Below, piece after piece: positions 16,490-28,240 of a stretch of DNA of 64,000 nt. Source of the DNA: Marsupella aquatica (Eukaryota; Plantae; Marchantiophyta). The notes beneath the pieces are model-generated. The model was not told the origin of the DNA. It saw nothing but the letters and a program-made list of their open reading frames with translations, and did not search any database. The position numbers and the translations under genes were made by a program. The DNA lies in the NCBI GenBank assembly GCA_973895155.1, contig OZ316892.1, positions 4,095,223 to 4,159,222 of the forward strand. Direction: 5' to 3'. Every line of letters begins with the position of its first letter. The stretch's first letter is position 1.

Positions 16490-17348
16490 TAGGATGGACG
16501 TGATCCTTTGGCGTTTACACATCAGAGTATAGTTGCTCGCTGTAAATATTGTATCTGCCCTTTTATTTGGCAGTCCATTTTTTGGGTACCTCCAAATAAC
16601 CATTGTGGATCAGAAACCTCACTTACAAAATTTTGGGATAGGACAGCCCCAATTGTTTCAGGAAAAGATTTATAGGCGGTTAGATTGAAGTCACTCCTCC
16701 GTCACTGCAAGTACAAAAGAGTGTTTAGCCCGATGAGAAATCTCATCTTTTGTGAAATTCGATACAACAGCAGTTGCTGTACATTCTCTTTTCTGGCCTG
16801 GCTAACTCAGGGACCTGAGATTTCTGCGTGACGAGTCAATATATCCAGGACAGTTGTTAAAGGAAGTATAAAGATTCAATGATGTCAAATCCAGAAGTTC
16901 GAAAGAAAACGGAATTCTGTGGGATGGCTCAGAGTTGGCTAGTAGCGAGAAGCGTCGATGTGTTGCATTTGGCCTAGGTCTCAGAAATCAGCCCTGCCCA
17001 ATGTCATTAGGATTGCATGCACTTATCATAAGCTTCTAGAAAAGTACAAGCAGCAGAGGCAACTCACCTTGTTGCAAGTCTAGGCTAAGTGAGCAGACAA
17101 CCTTTGTTTAAAGAGAGTTTTGGAAAATTCTAACCAGGGTGGATCAATGAAATAGACTTCCTTCTCTGGAATTTTGGCTGGGACTGAGTGAAGATAGGTC
17201 CGCAGCCAAAGAAAACAAGGCCCCCTGCCTGGTCACTATTCACTTCTGCCCAAGTGAACAGTGCCATCCCATTCTGTTCCACCCCCGACCTCGCTTACTG
17301 GCTATCTGCAAAGAAGGAAAGATGTTGGCTGAGTTGGGTTGTAACCGT

Positions 17349-17442
17349 GGAAAAGCATGGTTAGGCTAATGAGTGCTGTCAACCAAAGTAGGGTGGAAAA
17401 GCATGGTTAGGCTAATGATGGCTGTCAACCAAAGTAGGGTGG
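17349..17442. repeat. Tandem duplication (~46 bp x2)
   Basis: ggaaaagcatggttaggctaatga..gctgtcaaccaaagtagggt occurs twice. Confidence 0.85.
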
Positions 17443-18129
17443 GAGGTTTTTGAGGGCACAAAAACACGGATTCAAACTTCTCATGTGACTTTGGATGAAG
17501 GCGACAGTTGTTGGCCAAGTTGCACGCAGTGCAGGAGCTGGCCCCTGTTTAACTCAACCATGCTCGAAAACTCAGTTCACTTTATGGATATCTAAAACTT
17601 TTGCAAATTTCTCACAAAATAGAAAGTATTCTGGAAGCCATTGTCTTCCAGTTGAAGATCTTGTTGTCTGTCTATCTCGGAATGGTGAGCGGATTCCTCA
17701 TACTTCTAATATCAGTGGTGTCCATTGTCATGGTTTTATCGAGATAGAACGTACCCAAACTAGAAGTTTGAAGCTAGGATGGATGCCTGCTTCTGGTTTG
17801 GTGCTAGGGAAGAATTATTTTATCTGGGCACCCTCCATCCTGTGGGAACACCAGCATATCCCTTGGGAGCTTCAAACTCCCTAGACAAGTGACAAACCTT
17901 CAACGCAATTTATTCCTTAATCTCTTGTGGAGAACACTGCAACTCACTCCAAATATCAAGGCAGGCTCTTAGACAAGGATGGACCTCATCACTCCAAAAT
18001 ATGTCTGGTCTTTTGCTGTCTACCTGTCATGGTAATGTGCAACTAGCCACAAGGTAGTATGGCTGGCAAAAGATGTAAAATACAGGACATTGGGGAATTT
18101 CAATACTGTGTAAAATGAACGGATGATGG

Positions 18130-19125
18130 AGGAAGGGAAAACTACCAACGAACCCTTACAAGTTGCCTAATTTACCAAAATGCCCCTCCTAATCGTTGGC
18201 ATGCAAGTGTTCTCATTACTCTGCAGAACGAACTAAAACTATAGGAAGGGAAAATTATCAAAGAACCCTCACAAATTGATTAATTTACCAAATTACCCCT
18301 CCTAATTCTATGGAATGCAACTGTTCTCATTACTCTGCAGAACGAACTAATAATATAGAAAGGGAAAATTACCAACGAACGCTGACAAGTTGCCTAATTT
18401 ACCACAATACCGCTCCTAATTCTTTGGAGTGCAAGTGTTCCTTCTGCTGCCTGTCAATGGCCATTGAGAGTAGTTTGCTATGCAATGTGCACTGTGATGC
18501 ACAATACAGGACAATATATAGACTACGATTTGTTGCAAGTCCCCTACAAGAGTCAGTGGCCTTGTGAGAAACAAGGAACACCTTTGCCTAGTTGAGACAT
18601 TGCAGGGATATTCTAGTAAATTCCAAACTTTAATGGCATTTTGGTATTTTTGGTAGCTTATTGGGGTAAGTTTAAAACTTTCCCATGCATGAATACATGC
18701 ACACAATGTGCAACCTAATACCAATGTCAGCTGTCACCGAGGTTAATCATTTATAACCCAGTCTACAACGAAGTACTTTTCCAGTATACCCTTAATTTGG
18801 GCTTCACTGTGACTTGTCCAGGATTAGCTAAGATAACCTACGTAAAACCATTGTCTGTTGTAACCCTGGTTAACAATTTCTCAACCTAGTCTACCATGGA
18901 GTCCTTTTCCAGTTTACAGCTAATTAAACTTCTCTGTGACTTCTCCATGGTTAGTTTAGCCTAAATACCATTGCCCGCTGCAACCCTGGGTAACAGTTTC
19001 TCAACCCAGTCCACTACGGGAGGACTTCTGCAGTGTACACTTAATTAAGGTTCCCTGAACATGTCCAGGGTTAATTAGGTACCATTGTCAGTTGTAACTT
19101 TCTTTAAAACGGTTCTCAACCCAGC
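18130..19125. repeat. Two adjacent degenerate tandem arrays (~115 bp x3 at 18130-18440; ~125 bp x3 at 18730-19125)
   Basis: Recurring gaagggaaaa(c/t)taccaacgaac..aatttacca and accattg.c.g.tg.aaccctgg.taaca.tttctcaaccc.agtc units. Confidence 0.7.
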
Positions 19126-19230
19126 CGATTACTTTCAGGAAAGGCAGTCGCATAAAATGACGTGGGGCCAATAAGGTCAGGCCAAGAGGACGACAGACTG
19201 ACAGAGGAAGCTAAGGGGGGCGTTGAGATA

Positions 19231-19275
19231 GAACCATAAGTTTAGTGCGCGCTGTGGTAGGGAGGCAGTACAAGG
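19231..19275 (+). promoter_or_regulatory. Possible snRNA promoter: USE-like AACCATAA at about -67 and weak TATA-like TACAA at about -30 of U1
   Basis: Positions fit Pol II snRNA promoter spacing. The motif resembles the (A)ACCCATAA-type USE recalled for algae and early land plants, not angiosperm TCCCACATCG. Inference only. Confidence 0.35.
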
Positions 19276-19298
19276 GCCTGGAGCATACCGTGGGTTGC

Positions 19299-19460
19299 AT
19301 ACATACCTGGGCGGGGTTAATCGCTGATCCTGAAGGGCGACAGCCTAAGACGAGCTCTCCCATTGCACATGACGGCCGGGTGAGTCTTAGCATTTCTCCA
19401 AGGGGAATATGCACGTCATAATTTGTGCTCGAGGAGGCTCGCGTTCGCGCGGCCTCCACC
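19299..19460 (+). ncRNA. U1: U1 spliceosomal snRNA, variant 5' end AUACAUACCUGG
   Basis: 162 nt. 5' ATACATACCTGG; SL1 loop GATCCTGAAG; SL2 CTAAGAC/GTCTTAG stem with ATTGCAC U1A loop; SL3; Sm site ATAATTTGTG; SL4 GGAGGC-T-CGCG-TTCG-CGCG-GCCTCC. Confidence 0.93.
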
Positions 19461-19569
19461 AATGTAAAAGGACCATCATCTGAATTTTGATATGGACGGC
19501 GCGTCCTCCGATTTTCAGGTGTCCAGGCAGTTTTCCTTCGTCGCAGTCAGTCGGAGGATCTTGTCTGGT

Positions 19570-21535
19570 CTTGCGATTTCTTCAACATTCGGTGTTGAGA
19601 CAGCTTCTTCTGAATCGTCGTCGGGATCTAGTGAGGTTCGCGCGTTTCTTCAACCACTCAGTCAGTCGGAGGATCGTCTTGCGATTTCTTCAACATTCGG
19701 TGTTGAGACAGTCTTCTGCTGAATCGTCGTCGGGATTTAGTGAGGTTTGCGCGTTTCTTCAACCACTGCGTCGAGACAGCCTTTTTTCAATGGTCGTCGG
19801 GTTTATGTAAGGTTCGCGCGTTTTGTACAACCTTCGGTGTTGAGACAGTCTTCTTCTGAATCGTCGTCGGGATTTAGTGAGGTTCGCGCGTTTCCTCAAC
19901 CACTGCGTCGAGACAGCCTTTTTTCAATGGTCGTCGGGTTTATGTAAGGTTCGCGCGTTTTGTACAACCTTCGGTGTTGAGACAGGTTCTTCTGAATCGT
20001 CGTCGGGATTTAGTGAGGTTCGCGCGTTTCTTCAACCACTGCGTCGAGACAGCCTTTTTTCAATGGTCGTCGGGTTCATGTAAGGTTCGCGCGTTTTGTA
20101 CAACCTTCGGTGTTGAGACAGGTTCTTCTGAATCGTCGTGGGGATTTAGTGAGGTTCGCGCGTTTCTTCAACCACTGCGTCGAGACAGCCTTTTTTCAAT
20201 GGTCGTCGGGTTTATGTAAGGTTCGCGCGTTTTGTACGACCTTCGGTGTTGAGGCAGTCTCCTTCTAAATCTTCGTCGGGATTTAGTGAGGTTCGCGCGT
20301 TTTTTCAACCACTGTCGAGACAGCTTTTTCTCAATGGTCGTCGGGATTATGTGAGGTTCGCGCGTTTCTACAACCTTCGGTGTTGAGACAGCTCCTTCTG
20401 AATCGTCGTCGGGATTAAGTGAGGTGCGCGCGTTTCTTCAACCACTGTGTCGAGACGGCTTTCTCTCAATGGACGTCGGGATTATGTGAGGTTCGCGCGT
20501 TTCTTCAACTTTCGATGTCTAGACAGCTTTTTCTCCATCGTCGTTGGGATTAAGTGAGGTTCGCGCGTTTCTACTTCCTTCGGTGTTGAGACAGCCTCTT
20601 CTGAACCGTCGTCGGGATTAAGTGAGGTTCGCGCGTTTCTTCAACCTTCGGTGTCTAGACAGCTTTTTCTCAATGGTCGTCGGGATTATGTGAGGTTCGC
20701 GCGTTTCTACAACCTTCGGTGTCGAAACAGCTTTTTCTCAATTGTCGTCGGGTTTAAGTGAGGTTTGTGCGATTCTTCAACCTTCGGTGTCGAGACAGCT
20801 TCTTCTGAATCGTCGTCGGGATTAAGTGAGGTTCGCGCGTTTCTTCGACCTTAGGTGTCGAGACAGCTTTCTCTCAACCGTCGTCATTTTGGGATTAGTC
20901 ATTGGGGTTTAAGTGAGGTTTGCGCGTTTCTTCAACCTTTGCTGTCGAGACAGTCTTTCCTCAACCGCCGTCGTCGGGATCTAAGAGGTGCGGGCGTTTC
21001 TCTTACAGTCGGGTCGAGAGTGGATCGAGACAGTGCTTTAACTTTAGTGTCGAGAGTCGAGATAGTGCTCCATCGTTATCGGGGTCGAATTGAGAGGTCG
21101 GGGGGTTTCTCCAACCTCTGCTGTGGAGAGGTTAGACTCCTGCTCCATCACTATCGGGACCTAATCGGGAGTTTCGGGCATTGCACCACCCTTTGGTGTC
21201 GACAGTCGAGATATTGCTCCATCGTTATCGGGAGCTAATTGAGAGGCTCTGGCATTTCTCCAACATTTGGTGTTGAGAGTCGAGACAGTGGTCCATCGTT
21301 ATCGAAAGCTAAATGAGAGCTTCCGGCGTTTCTCAAACCTTTGGGGCCGAGAGTCAAACAGTGCTCCTTTGTTATCGCGTATAATTTAGAGATTCGGGCA
21401 TTGCTCCAACCTTTGGTTTCGAGAGTAGAGACTTCGAGAGTTGAGACAGTACTCTATAGTTCTCGTAATCTAATTGAGAGGTTCGGGCATTGCTCTAACC
21501 TTTGGTGTTGAGAGTCGAGACAGTGGTCCATCGAC
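19570..21535. repeat. CpG-rich satellite: ~68-bp monomers (136-137-bp dimeric higher-order repeat at ~19690-20400) grading into ~72-bp diverged units
   Basis: tagtgaggtt landmarks at 19741, 19878, 20014, 20150, 20287. Monomer gtgaggttcgcgcgtttcttcaacc...gagacagc...cgtcgtcgggat. Diverged units run from ~20990 to 21535. Confidence 0.92.
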
Positions 21536-22449
21536 GGGTGTAGCTGAGAGGTGCCGCTGCTAATTAGGTGTTCTTCTGCGACGACGGAATTATAGCAGAA
21601 GCATATTTCATGAACAGTCGAACGGGAGGAAGTAATTAACGGGCACTGTGTGAAGTGCTGGATGCTGGAGGTTTTCTTTTGGAATTTGAATGGTAGTAAT
21701 TTTCGTAGATAGACTTCTTCAAACCTCGAAACGAGAAGCTGTGACGTGAATGTTAAGAGTAGGTGACGACTTTTCGTCGAATTTGGCCTCTTCGGAAGTA
21801 GTGCTTGCTTCTCAGGAACGTTTTGCGCGACAGTTTCTTGATTTGGTGTAGGGTTTCAGGGTTTATAGTTTTGTACGATGCGAATGACACTGAAGAGTTT
21901 TGTCCTTGAAGATGCGAGCTCACGGTTTTGGATCCCTGGCATCGTGATTGAGGGGTTAGAGTTTAGCATGAGGCCAATTTACACTGCGCCATGTCTCCGT
22001 TCCTGAATAGTGTTATCCTTAAAGAAGCCAGTTCATGGATCTGGATTACTGGCATCGTGTTCACTTGTGGAACCGAGCGCGGGTGGTGGTTGAGGTACAG
22101 TATCTTAAAGTGAAAGTGTGCTCACAGAAGCCAGTTCAGTTGGAGTCCAATTGTTTCTGTCCGTGGCGGGGGAGACATACTAAGGTTTCGCATCGTCCTC
22201 CCAGAATGGTTACAACAAATCCACGAGGTCTCCACCCTCCCCAGTTATCTGCATCGCCCCTCCCTAAACCTGAATTCGAGTGTGTGGCAAACCTTCACCT
22301 ATGACTGCGGTGGACGGAGTTTCTACCTCACAAGGGTGCATGTTTTCTGACTCCCTGCAATGGAGATGTGCCCTTCCGCTATCAACAATGTCACGTTTCG
22401 AGAACATGTAGTGCATGATTGTGCTCCCCAGAAGCCTCAGCGTAGGTGC

Positions 22450-23375
22450 ACAGCTTGCTGTTCAGACTCGAGATCATTGCAGTTTGGTTTACCCAGACTC
22501 GAATGGTCTTGACTCAGACAACAAGTTGGGTTCACCACCTCCATGTCGCAGTGTGCCGAACTTTCTATTTAGAGTCCAGTCCCTTAGTGTGAACAACTTT
22601 CTGGTGCACAACTTGCTGTTGAGAGTCGAGGTTGTTGAAGTTCGGTTTACCCGGACTGGACTTCAATGATCTCGACCCAGGACGCCAAGTTGTGTCCATC
22701 ACCTCCATATGGCTACGTGCACAATTGAATCAACAACACGAGTGCACACTTTGCTGTTCAGAGTCTAGATCAATGCAGTTTGGTTTACCCAGACTTCAAT
22801 GATCCCGACCCAGGATAGCAATGTCCCTCGATTCACCGCTTCCATGTGGCCACGTGCACAACTGAATCAACAACATAGGTGCACAATTTGCTGTTGATTC
22901 TAGATCTATGAAGTTCGGTTTTACCAAGACTTCAATGATCTCGACTCAGGACACCAAGGTCTGCACTTCACAACAGTTTTGATCTATGAAGTTCGGTTTT
23001 ACCAAGACTTCAATGATCTCGACTCAGGACACCAAGGTCTGCACTTCACAACAGTTTTGCTCCACGGTAGAACACTTCCATTTCCATCTGACATCACTTG
23101 GGTTGGACAACATTTTTACTTGACGTCAGTGGCGCCCAATAACATTTACACTGAACAACAGTTGCCCTTGACAACCTCAAAATGATCAACATTTCCATCT
23201 CGTGCCCAATAACATTTACACTGAACAACAGTTGCCCTTGACAACCTCAAAATGATCAACATTTCCATCTGACATCACTTGGGTTGGACAACATTGTTAC
23301 TTGACGTCAGTGGCGCCCAATAACATATACACTGAACAACAGTTGCCCTTGACAACCTCAAAATGATCAACAACA
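22450..23375. repeat. Cluster of tandem duplications (degenerate ~125-bp units, exact 78-bp duplication at 22903-23058, partial repeats at 23080-23375)
   Basis: gatctatgaagttcggttttaccaagacttcaatgatctcgactcaggacaccaaggtctgcacttcacaacagtttt x2; gcccaataacatttacactgaacaacagttgcccttgacaacctcaaaatgatcaac x3. Confidence 0.85.
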
Positions 23376-24021
23376 GTACTGCTCAATTATTTGCCTTGAT
23401 TGATAGCACTTCGGCTACAGTTCATGAAGATTGCCCAAATTTTGTTTACAGCCACTTTAATTTAAGAAGAGGGAGTAACAAATGAACTTGAAAGATCAAG
23501 AACTAAGGACAAAGGCGCTCGCATGGATTTTCTTGTGAATTCAAAGCGAAATTTTCCAAATTGTCGGTCAAGTCAAATGTAATAATTACTGACAAACAAG
23601 ATGAGCAATGAATTGATGCCGTGAGAAAAAAGGCATCTAAGATCAGGCAGCGAAAGACACTGCAGTTATCGAAACGTTCCTTCTCAAGCAAAATTGAATC
23701 ACTAGCTTGGTCTTTGCATGAAGTTGACGAATAAGTGCCAGAAGTTCATTGTCAACAGTCTGGAGGAGACTCGTGTGCAAGAGCCAGGGCATTGTGAAAC
23801 TTCTCTAGTTTTACTGTTAAAAAAAGAAACTCTTAGGCCTTTTAATGCTTAGGCCCTAAAACCAGGTCCTAAAAGGGAGGCCCAAAGTCTCTCTAAAGGG
23901 GACAATGGGCAAAACAACCATGAGAAGTATGAAGGGTGAGTGGTATTCTAGTGCTCAGGCCCTAAAAGGGAGGCAAAAGGTTTCTCTAATGGATATATCA
24001 ACCACTTGTAAGTGCATAACA

Positions 24022-24535
24022 CGCTCCTCCATAGGTGGGTATGTCCTAGCCAACTAAGTAAGATGCTCTACCTAAGTGAAAGCATCTCAAAAGCATCATA
24101 AAGGCACTTCAAGGATCGCTCCTCCATAGGTGGGTATGTCCTAGCCAACTAAGTAAGATGCTCTACCTAGGTGAAAGAATCTCAAAAGCATCATAAAGGC
24201 ACTTCAAGGATCGCTCCTCCATAGGTGGGTATGTCCTAGCCAACTAAGTAAGATGCTCTACCTAGGTGAAAGAATCTCAAAAGCATCATAAAGGCACTTC
24301 AAGGATCACGTATCCTATAAAGATCAAGGATCACAAATGCACTTAGGTAGCAAGGAAGTTGGGACTAAATCCTATAAAGAACTAGCAAAAGTAGTCACTA
24401 CCAAGTGGTGTATCCTATAAAGATCAAGGTTCACATATACTAGGATCAAGGATCACAAATGCACTTAGGTAGCAAGGAAGTTGGGACTAAATCCTATAAA
24501 GAACTAGCAAAAGTAGTCACTACCAAGTGGTGAAC
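24022..24535. repeat. 95-bp tandem repeat x3 followed by a ~121-bp repeat x2
   Basis: cgctcctccataggtgggtatgtcctagcc...gcacttcaaggat at 24022, 24117, 24212; gatcaaggatcacaaatgcacttaggtagc...accaagtggtg at ~24322 and ~24443. Confidence 0.9.
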
Positions 24536-24664
24536 TGAGTATCCAAAGAACACCTGGAGCACACCAAAAACCCAGGTGGTGCTCTAAATTTGAGGGTAAC
24601 CCTCAAGGACCCCACCAAACAGCACCAACTACGCAAAAAGGATGACTACCGTTTTCCCCCGAAC

Positions 24665-25008
24665 TGTTAGATATTGCTCTAGTCTTGTGACTCATGAGCT
24701 AACCACAGTTAGTCTAACTCGGGTTAGGACTTAGCTAATGTTAGTGGTAGTGTTGTTGTGTATATAGCCAGGGCTGATGCCAGACCCTGGTGGAACTTAG
24801 GCTCATTGTTACGGAGCTAGTTGAGAGATAGGGAGAGCTTGTGCTGTGGATGTTTGGTATGGCCGGTCGGCCTAGAGTGCAGTAAAGCTCTTGTGTGTTC
24901 CCGTGGACGTAGCCTCATGTGGAGGTGAACCACGTATCTCTCTGTGTTGACTATTGTGCGTTGGATGGTTCATGGGCTTGCCGTTACGAATGTCGTCTAT
25001 GCTCAACA
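24665..25008 (+). repeat. Copia 5' LTR (344 bp)
   Basis: TGTTAGATATTGCTC...GCTCAACA; about 11 substitutions and one 4-bp indel versus the 3' LTR (manual count). Confidence 0.97.
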
Positions 25009-26506
25009 AGTGGTATGAGAGCATGCTTGGGAGGTGACAAGGTTTTTTTGTGATAGGTTTTTCCAGCGTTCATTGTCGCTGATACATTCGGAGTTTCGTC
25101 GCATGAAACTCAAATGTGTGTGGCTGTGAGGACAGGTTAGTGAGAGGGCTTTCTAACGGTGGTTAGAACTCGCTGATCGGTATCCGTGGTGCGGAGGAAT
25201 TGAAGTTTGCGTCATTCAGGTTTTATTCGTGTTCGATGACTTTTCGGGGGAGAGACCAGAGATCGCATTTTTCAACGGTGTGAGCCGTGCGGTGCGAGAG
25301 GGATCGCACATTATAGCTCAAGTTGAAGGTTGAAGCGAGCTGGTCGTTTCGGTAGCTGGATTGCTGCCGAGTTGTTACCAAGTGTGTCGTGACGAGTGAA
25401 GGAGGCGTTCAGGTTTTTTCACAAGCTATGGAGCTTGTTCCCATCTGAACCGGGTTTCTCTTTGTGACGTCCGACTCGGTGGAAGAAACACGAAGTGCTA
25501 CGGCTCAACGGTTTGATCACGGCGAGGCGGTCGTTTTGAGTCCGGGAATGGCACTTGATGCGGAGTGAAGGCGACACGACAAAATTTTTGACTCTGCTGA
25601 GCTTGTAGACGGCGCCAACTCAATTCGGCAACTTTTCATGTCGGTGCACTTCACTTTCTCTAGCTAAACGGCATTTAGGTTTATTACACGGCCTTATTTG
25701 TGGTTAAATCAACTTTGTTTTTAAAGGTTACTTTAGACTCCCGTTTTACTGCCTTGCCCTACGGGGGTTCCCTCGGCCCGGTCCTCCTTATTTACCACCA
25801 CGCCCCGCCCCTCTGTACTTCAGCTGAGCCCAGCCGGCCCTGCCTTCCCTCTCGCGACCGGGACCTGCCGCCCGTCGCCCCTCCCTCGTCATTTTTTCCC
25901 CGTACGCGGCTGCGTACGCAGCCGCCCGTATTCTCCCCCGATGTTACGCCCTTCGTACCCCCGGCCCATACGGGGTATTTTTGGCAAATAAGGGGCTTTG
26001 GACCCCCTTTAGGGCCCCTTTTTAACCTTTTTTCCCTCTTTCTTATTTTACTTGGAAACGGGACTAGCCGCCCTCCGTTTTCACCGCTCCGACAAGGGGA
26101 ACGGCCCCCTATGAGACCTATCAGACCGTGCGGGAATATTCCTGAAAAACAGAGAGCTGTTTTTTGGCCGTCCGACAAAGATTTTGTCTGCCGAACGATA
26201 ACTTTTTTGGTTCTTTTTCGGTGAGGACGTTGCCACTGGAGTTAGCAACGCGGCGCACCAATCACATCGTGATTCCGACGACGGGTTGTTCTGGGTATTT
26301 TGGTTATTCTCCGAGGTGGTCAAAATGGGGGAGTTTCTCAAGGTTTTACCCACCCTAACCAAAATTTGAATAACTTTTCCGTCAAATTTTGATTTTGATT
26401 TCGGCTTTCAGTATTGGACTCCTAGCTTCGTGGGCTACGCGGCAGTGTTGAGTTTTGAGTTTTATGAGAAGTTTCAAAAAAAGACGTTTTTTCGTGATTG
26501 TTTCAT

Positions 26507-27644
26507 ATGAGTGACTCGGAGGATATTGGAAGAATTGGCGTCGGTGGAGCTTCAGGATCGCGATGGTCAGACGGAGAGTCTGAGGAAGAGCTGCTACCGT
26601 TTGAGGAGGAACTAGTGACACCGGTAAGATCATCGGTGCGGCGTGCAATGGAGGAAGCTGTACTACTACCAGAGCTGTTGGTAGTGGGGAAGAAGAGGAA
26701 GATGGCTAGATTTGGAGGAGTGAAGTTTGAGGTGGAGAAGTATGATGGTCATACTGATTACTTGCTCTGGGAGAAGCAAGTGAAGGGTGTTCTACGTGCC
26801 ATGGGCTTAGCTCATCTGCTTTCTTTGCGAGAGCAGTATGATGAAGAGGAGGAGATTTCTGTGAGATAGTGGAGACAGGAGCAGGTGATTGCTGTCAACG
26901 CAGTGATGCTATATCTCAAGCCGCACATCATCAAATAACTAGATGATTATGCGGATTGCACGTCACTATTCAAGGCTCTAAGAGAGAAGTACTACCGGAA
27001 AGATGTGTCAGACCGGCTGTACAAGAAGTCTCTCTTGACGAGCCTCAGGCTCAAGGAAAGGAGCAAGATGCAAGATCACTTGGATGAGTTTGACAGTCTA
27101 GCGGTGGATCTGTCAAACCTGGGAAAAGGAGTTGAAGATGAGGATAAGGCCTTGCTTTTGCTAAGCTCCTTACCGCCGTCATATCAGGGCTTGAAATAGG
27201 TGCTCTTGTACAGAGATCTAAAGTCCATTTTGTATAATGAGGTGGTGAGCTCTTTACTGTCTGATGATGCTTAGAAGAAGCTGGGTCAATCACAGACAGC
27301 ATCTTCTTCTGGCAGTGCACTGAATGTGAACCGTGGGAGAGCAGCGCAACGCTCAAATGGACAGAACAGGTGTAGATCTACATCACGGGGGAGATCTAAA
27401 TCCAGAGGAAAATCACAAGAGAGAAAGCCTCTTGCATGTTGGAATTGTGGCAAGCCTGGCCACATGAAAAGGGATTGTCGAGTAAAGGTCCCTACTGCAT
27501 CTGCTAACGCGGCATCGAGCTTGCATGAGGTAGATTTACTCGATGATGATGACATATTGTGATGCCAAGGTTATCCTCTCAACGTAGTGTCAAATCCAGG
27601 TAGTGATGACTGGATTCTAGATAGTGCATGTAGTTTTCACATTT
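26507..27644 (+). pseudogene. Copia gag and start of protease
   Basis: KFEVEKYDGHTDYLLW; EDEDKALLLLSSLPPSY; zinc knuckle CWNCGKPGHMKRDC; protease WILDSACSFHI cut by the insertion; in-frame stops. Confidence 0.92.
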
Positions 27645-28240
27645 ATCACTATATTCATTAAAACTGAAATTATAAATGATATAGGGAAATTTGGCGATTT
27701 AAAAACATAGTTTTAGGCATGAAAATTGTAAGTTTGGAAGATGAAAAATGAAAATTCAAGCATCATTAAATGTAAAATTGAGGACAAAAAATGAAATTTT
27801 GGGAAAATAAAATATTAAATTGGATGATATTAAAAAATATTTGGGTGATAAAAGTGTTCATTTGGTTGGAAAATAGATAGAATCTAGTAATAACATATAA
27901 GCTTGGATAGCATCTATATTCAAAACATTTAGCTTGAGTAAGATATCTAACTAAGCACCAATACAATGGAATGACTATATTGTCTAGACAAAGTTAACTA
28001 GGATGATATCCAACCTACTAGACTAGAAGGAATGAAATGACATCATTTTCTAGAATTAAAATATACTAAGACAAATAAAATAATAATTATAAGAAAGTCC
28101 ATTCAATAACTTTGAGAGATCATAGAGTATTAATTTGATTGTCTTGTTATCTCACTTTAGACAAACGCATGGAAATCAACTCGACCCTCTTAATCACAAG
28201 TCATTTGAGTGGAGACTTGTAACCTACGAGTTCTATCAAT

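Noticed and set aside
19487-21238. Repetitive ORFs in the satellite
   Set aside because: Unit lengths of 68/136-137 bp shift the frame and the ORFs are short with recurring stops
19570-21535. CRISPR-like array
   Set aside because: Whole units repeat with no unique spacers, there are no cas genes, and the context is eukaryotic; it is a satellite
25700-26362. Pro/Gly-rich ORFs in the Copia leader
   Set aside because: GC-rich untranslated leader between PBS and gag; no domain; no TIR/TSD found for a nested insertion
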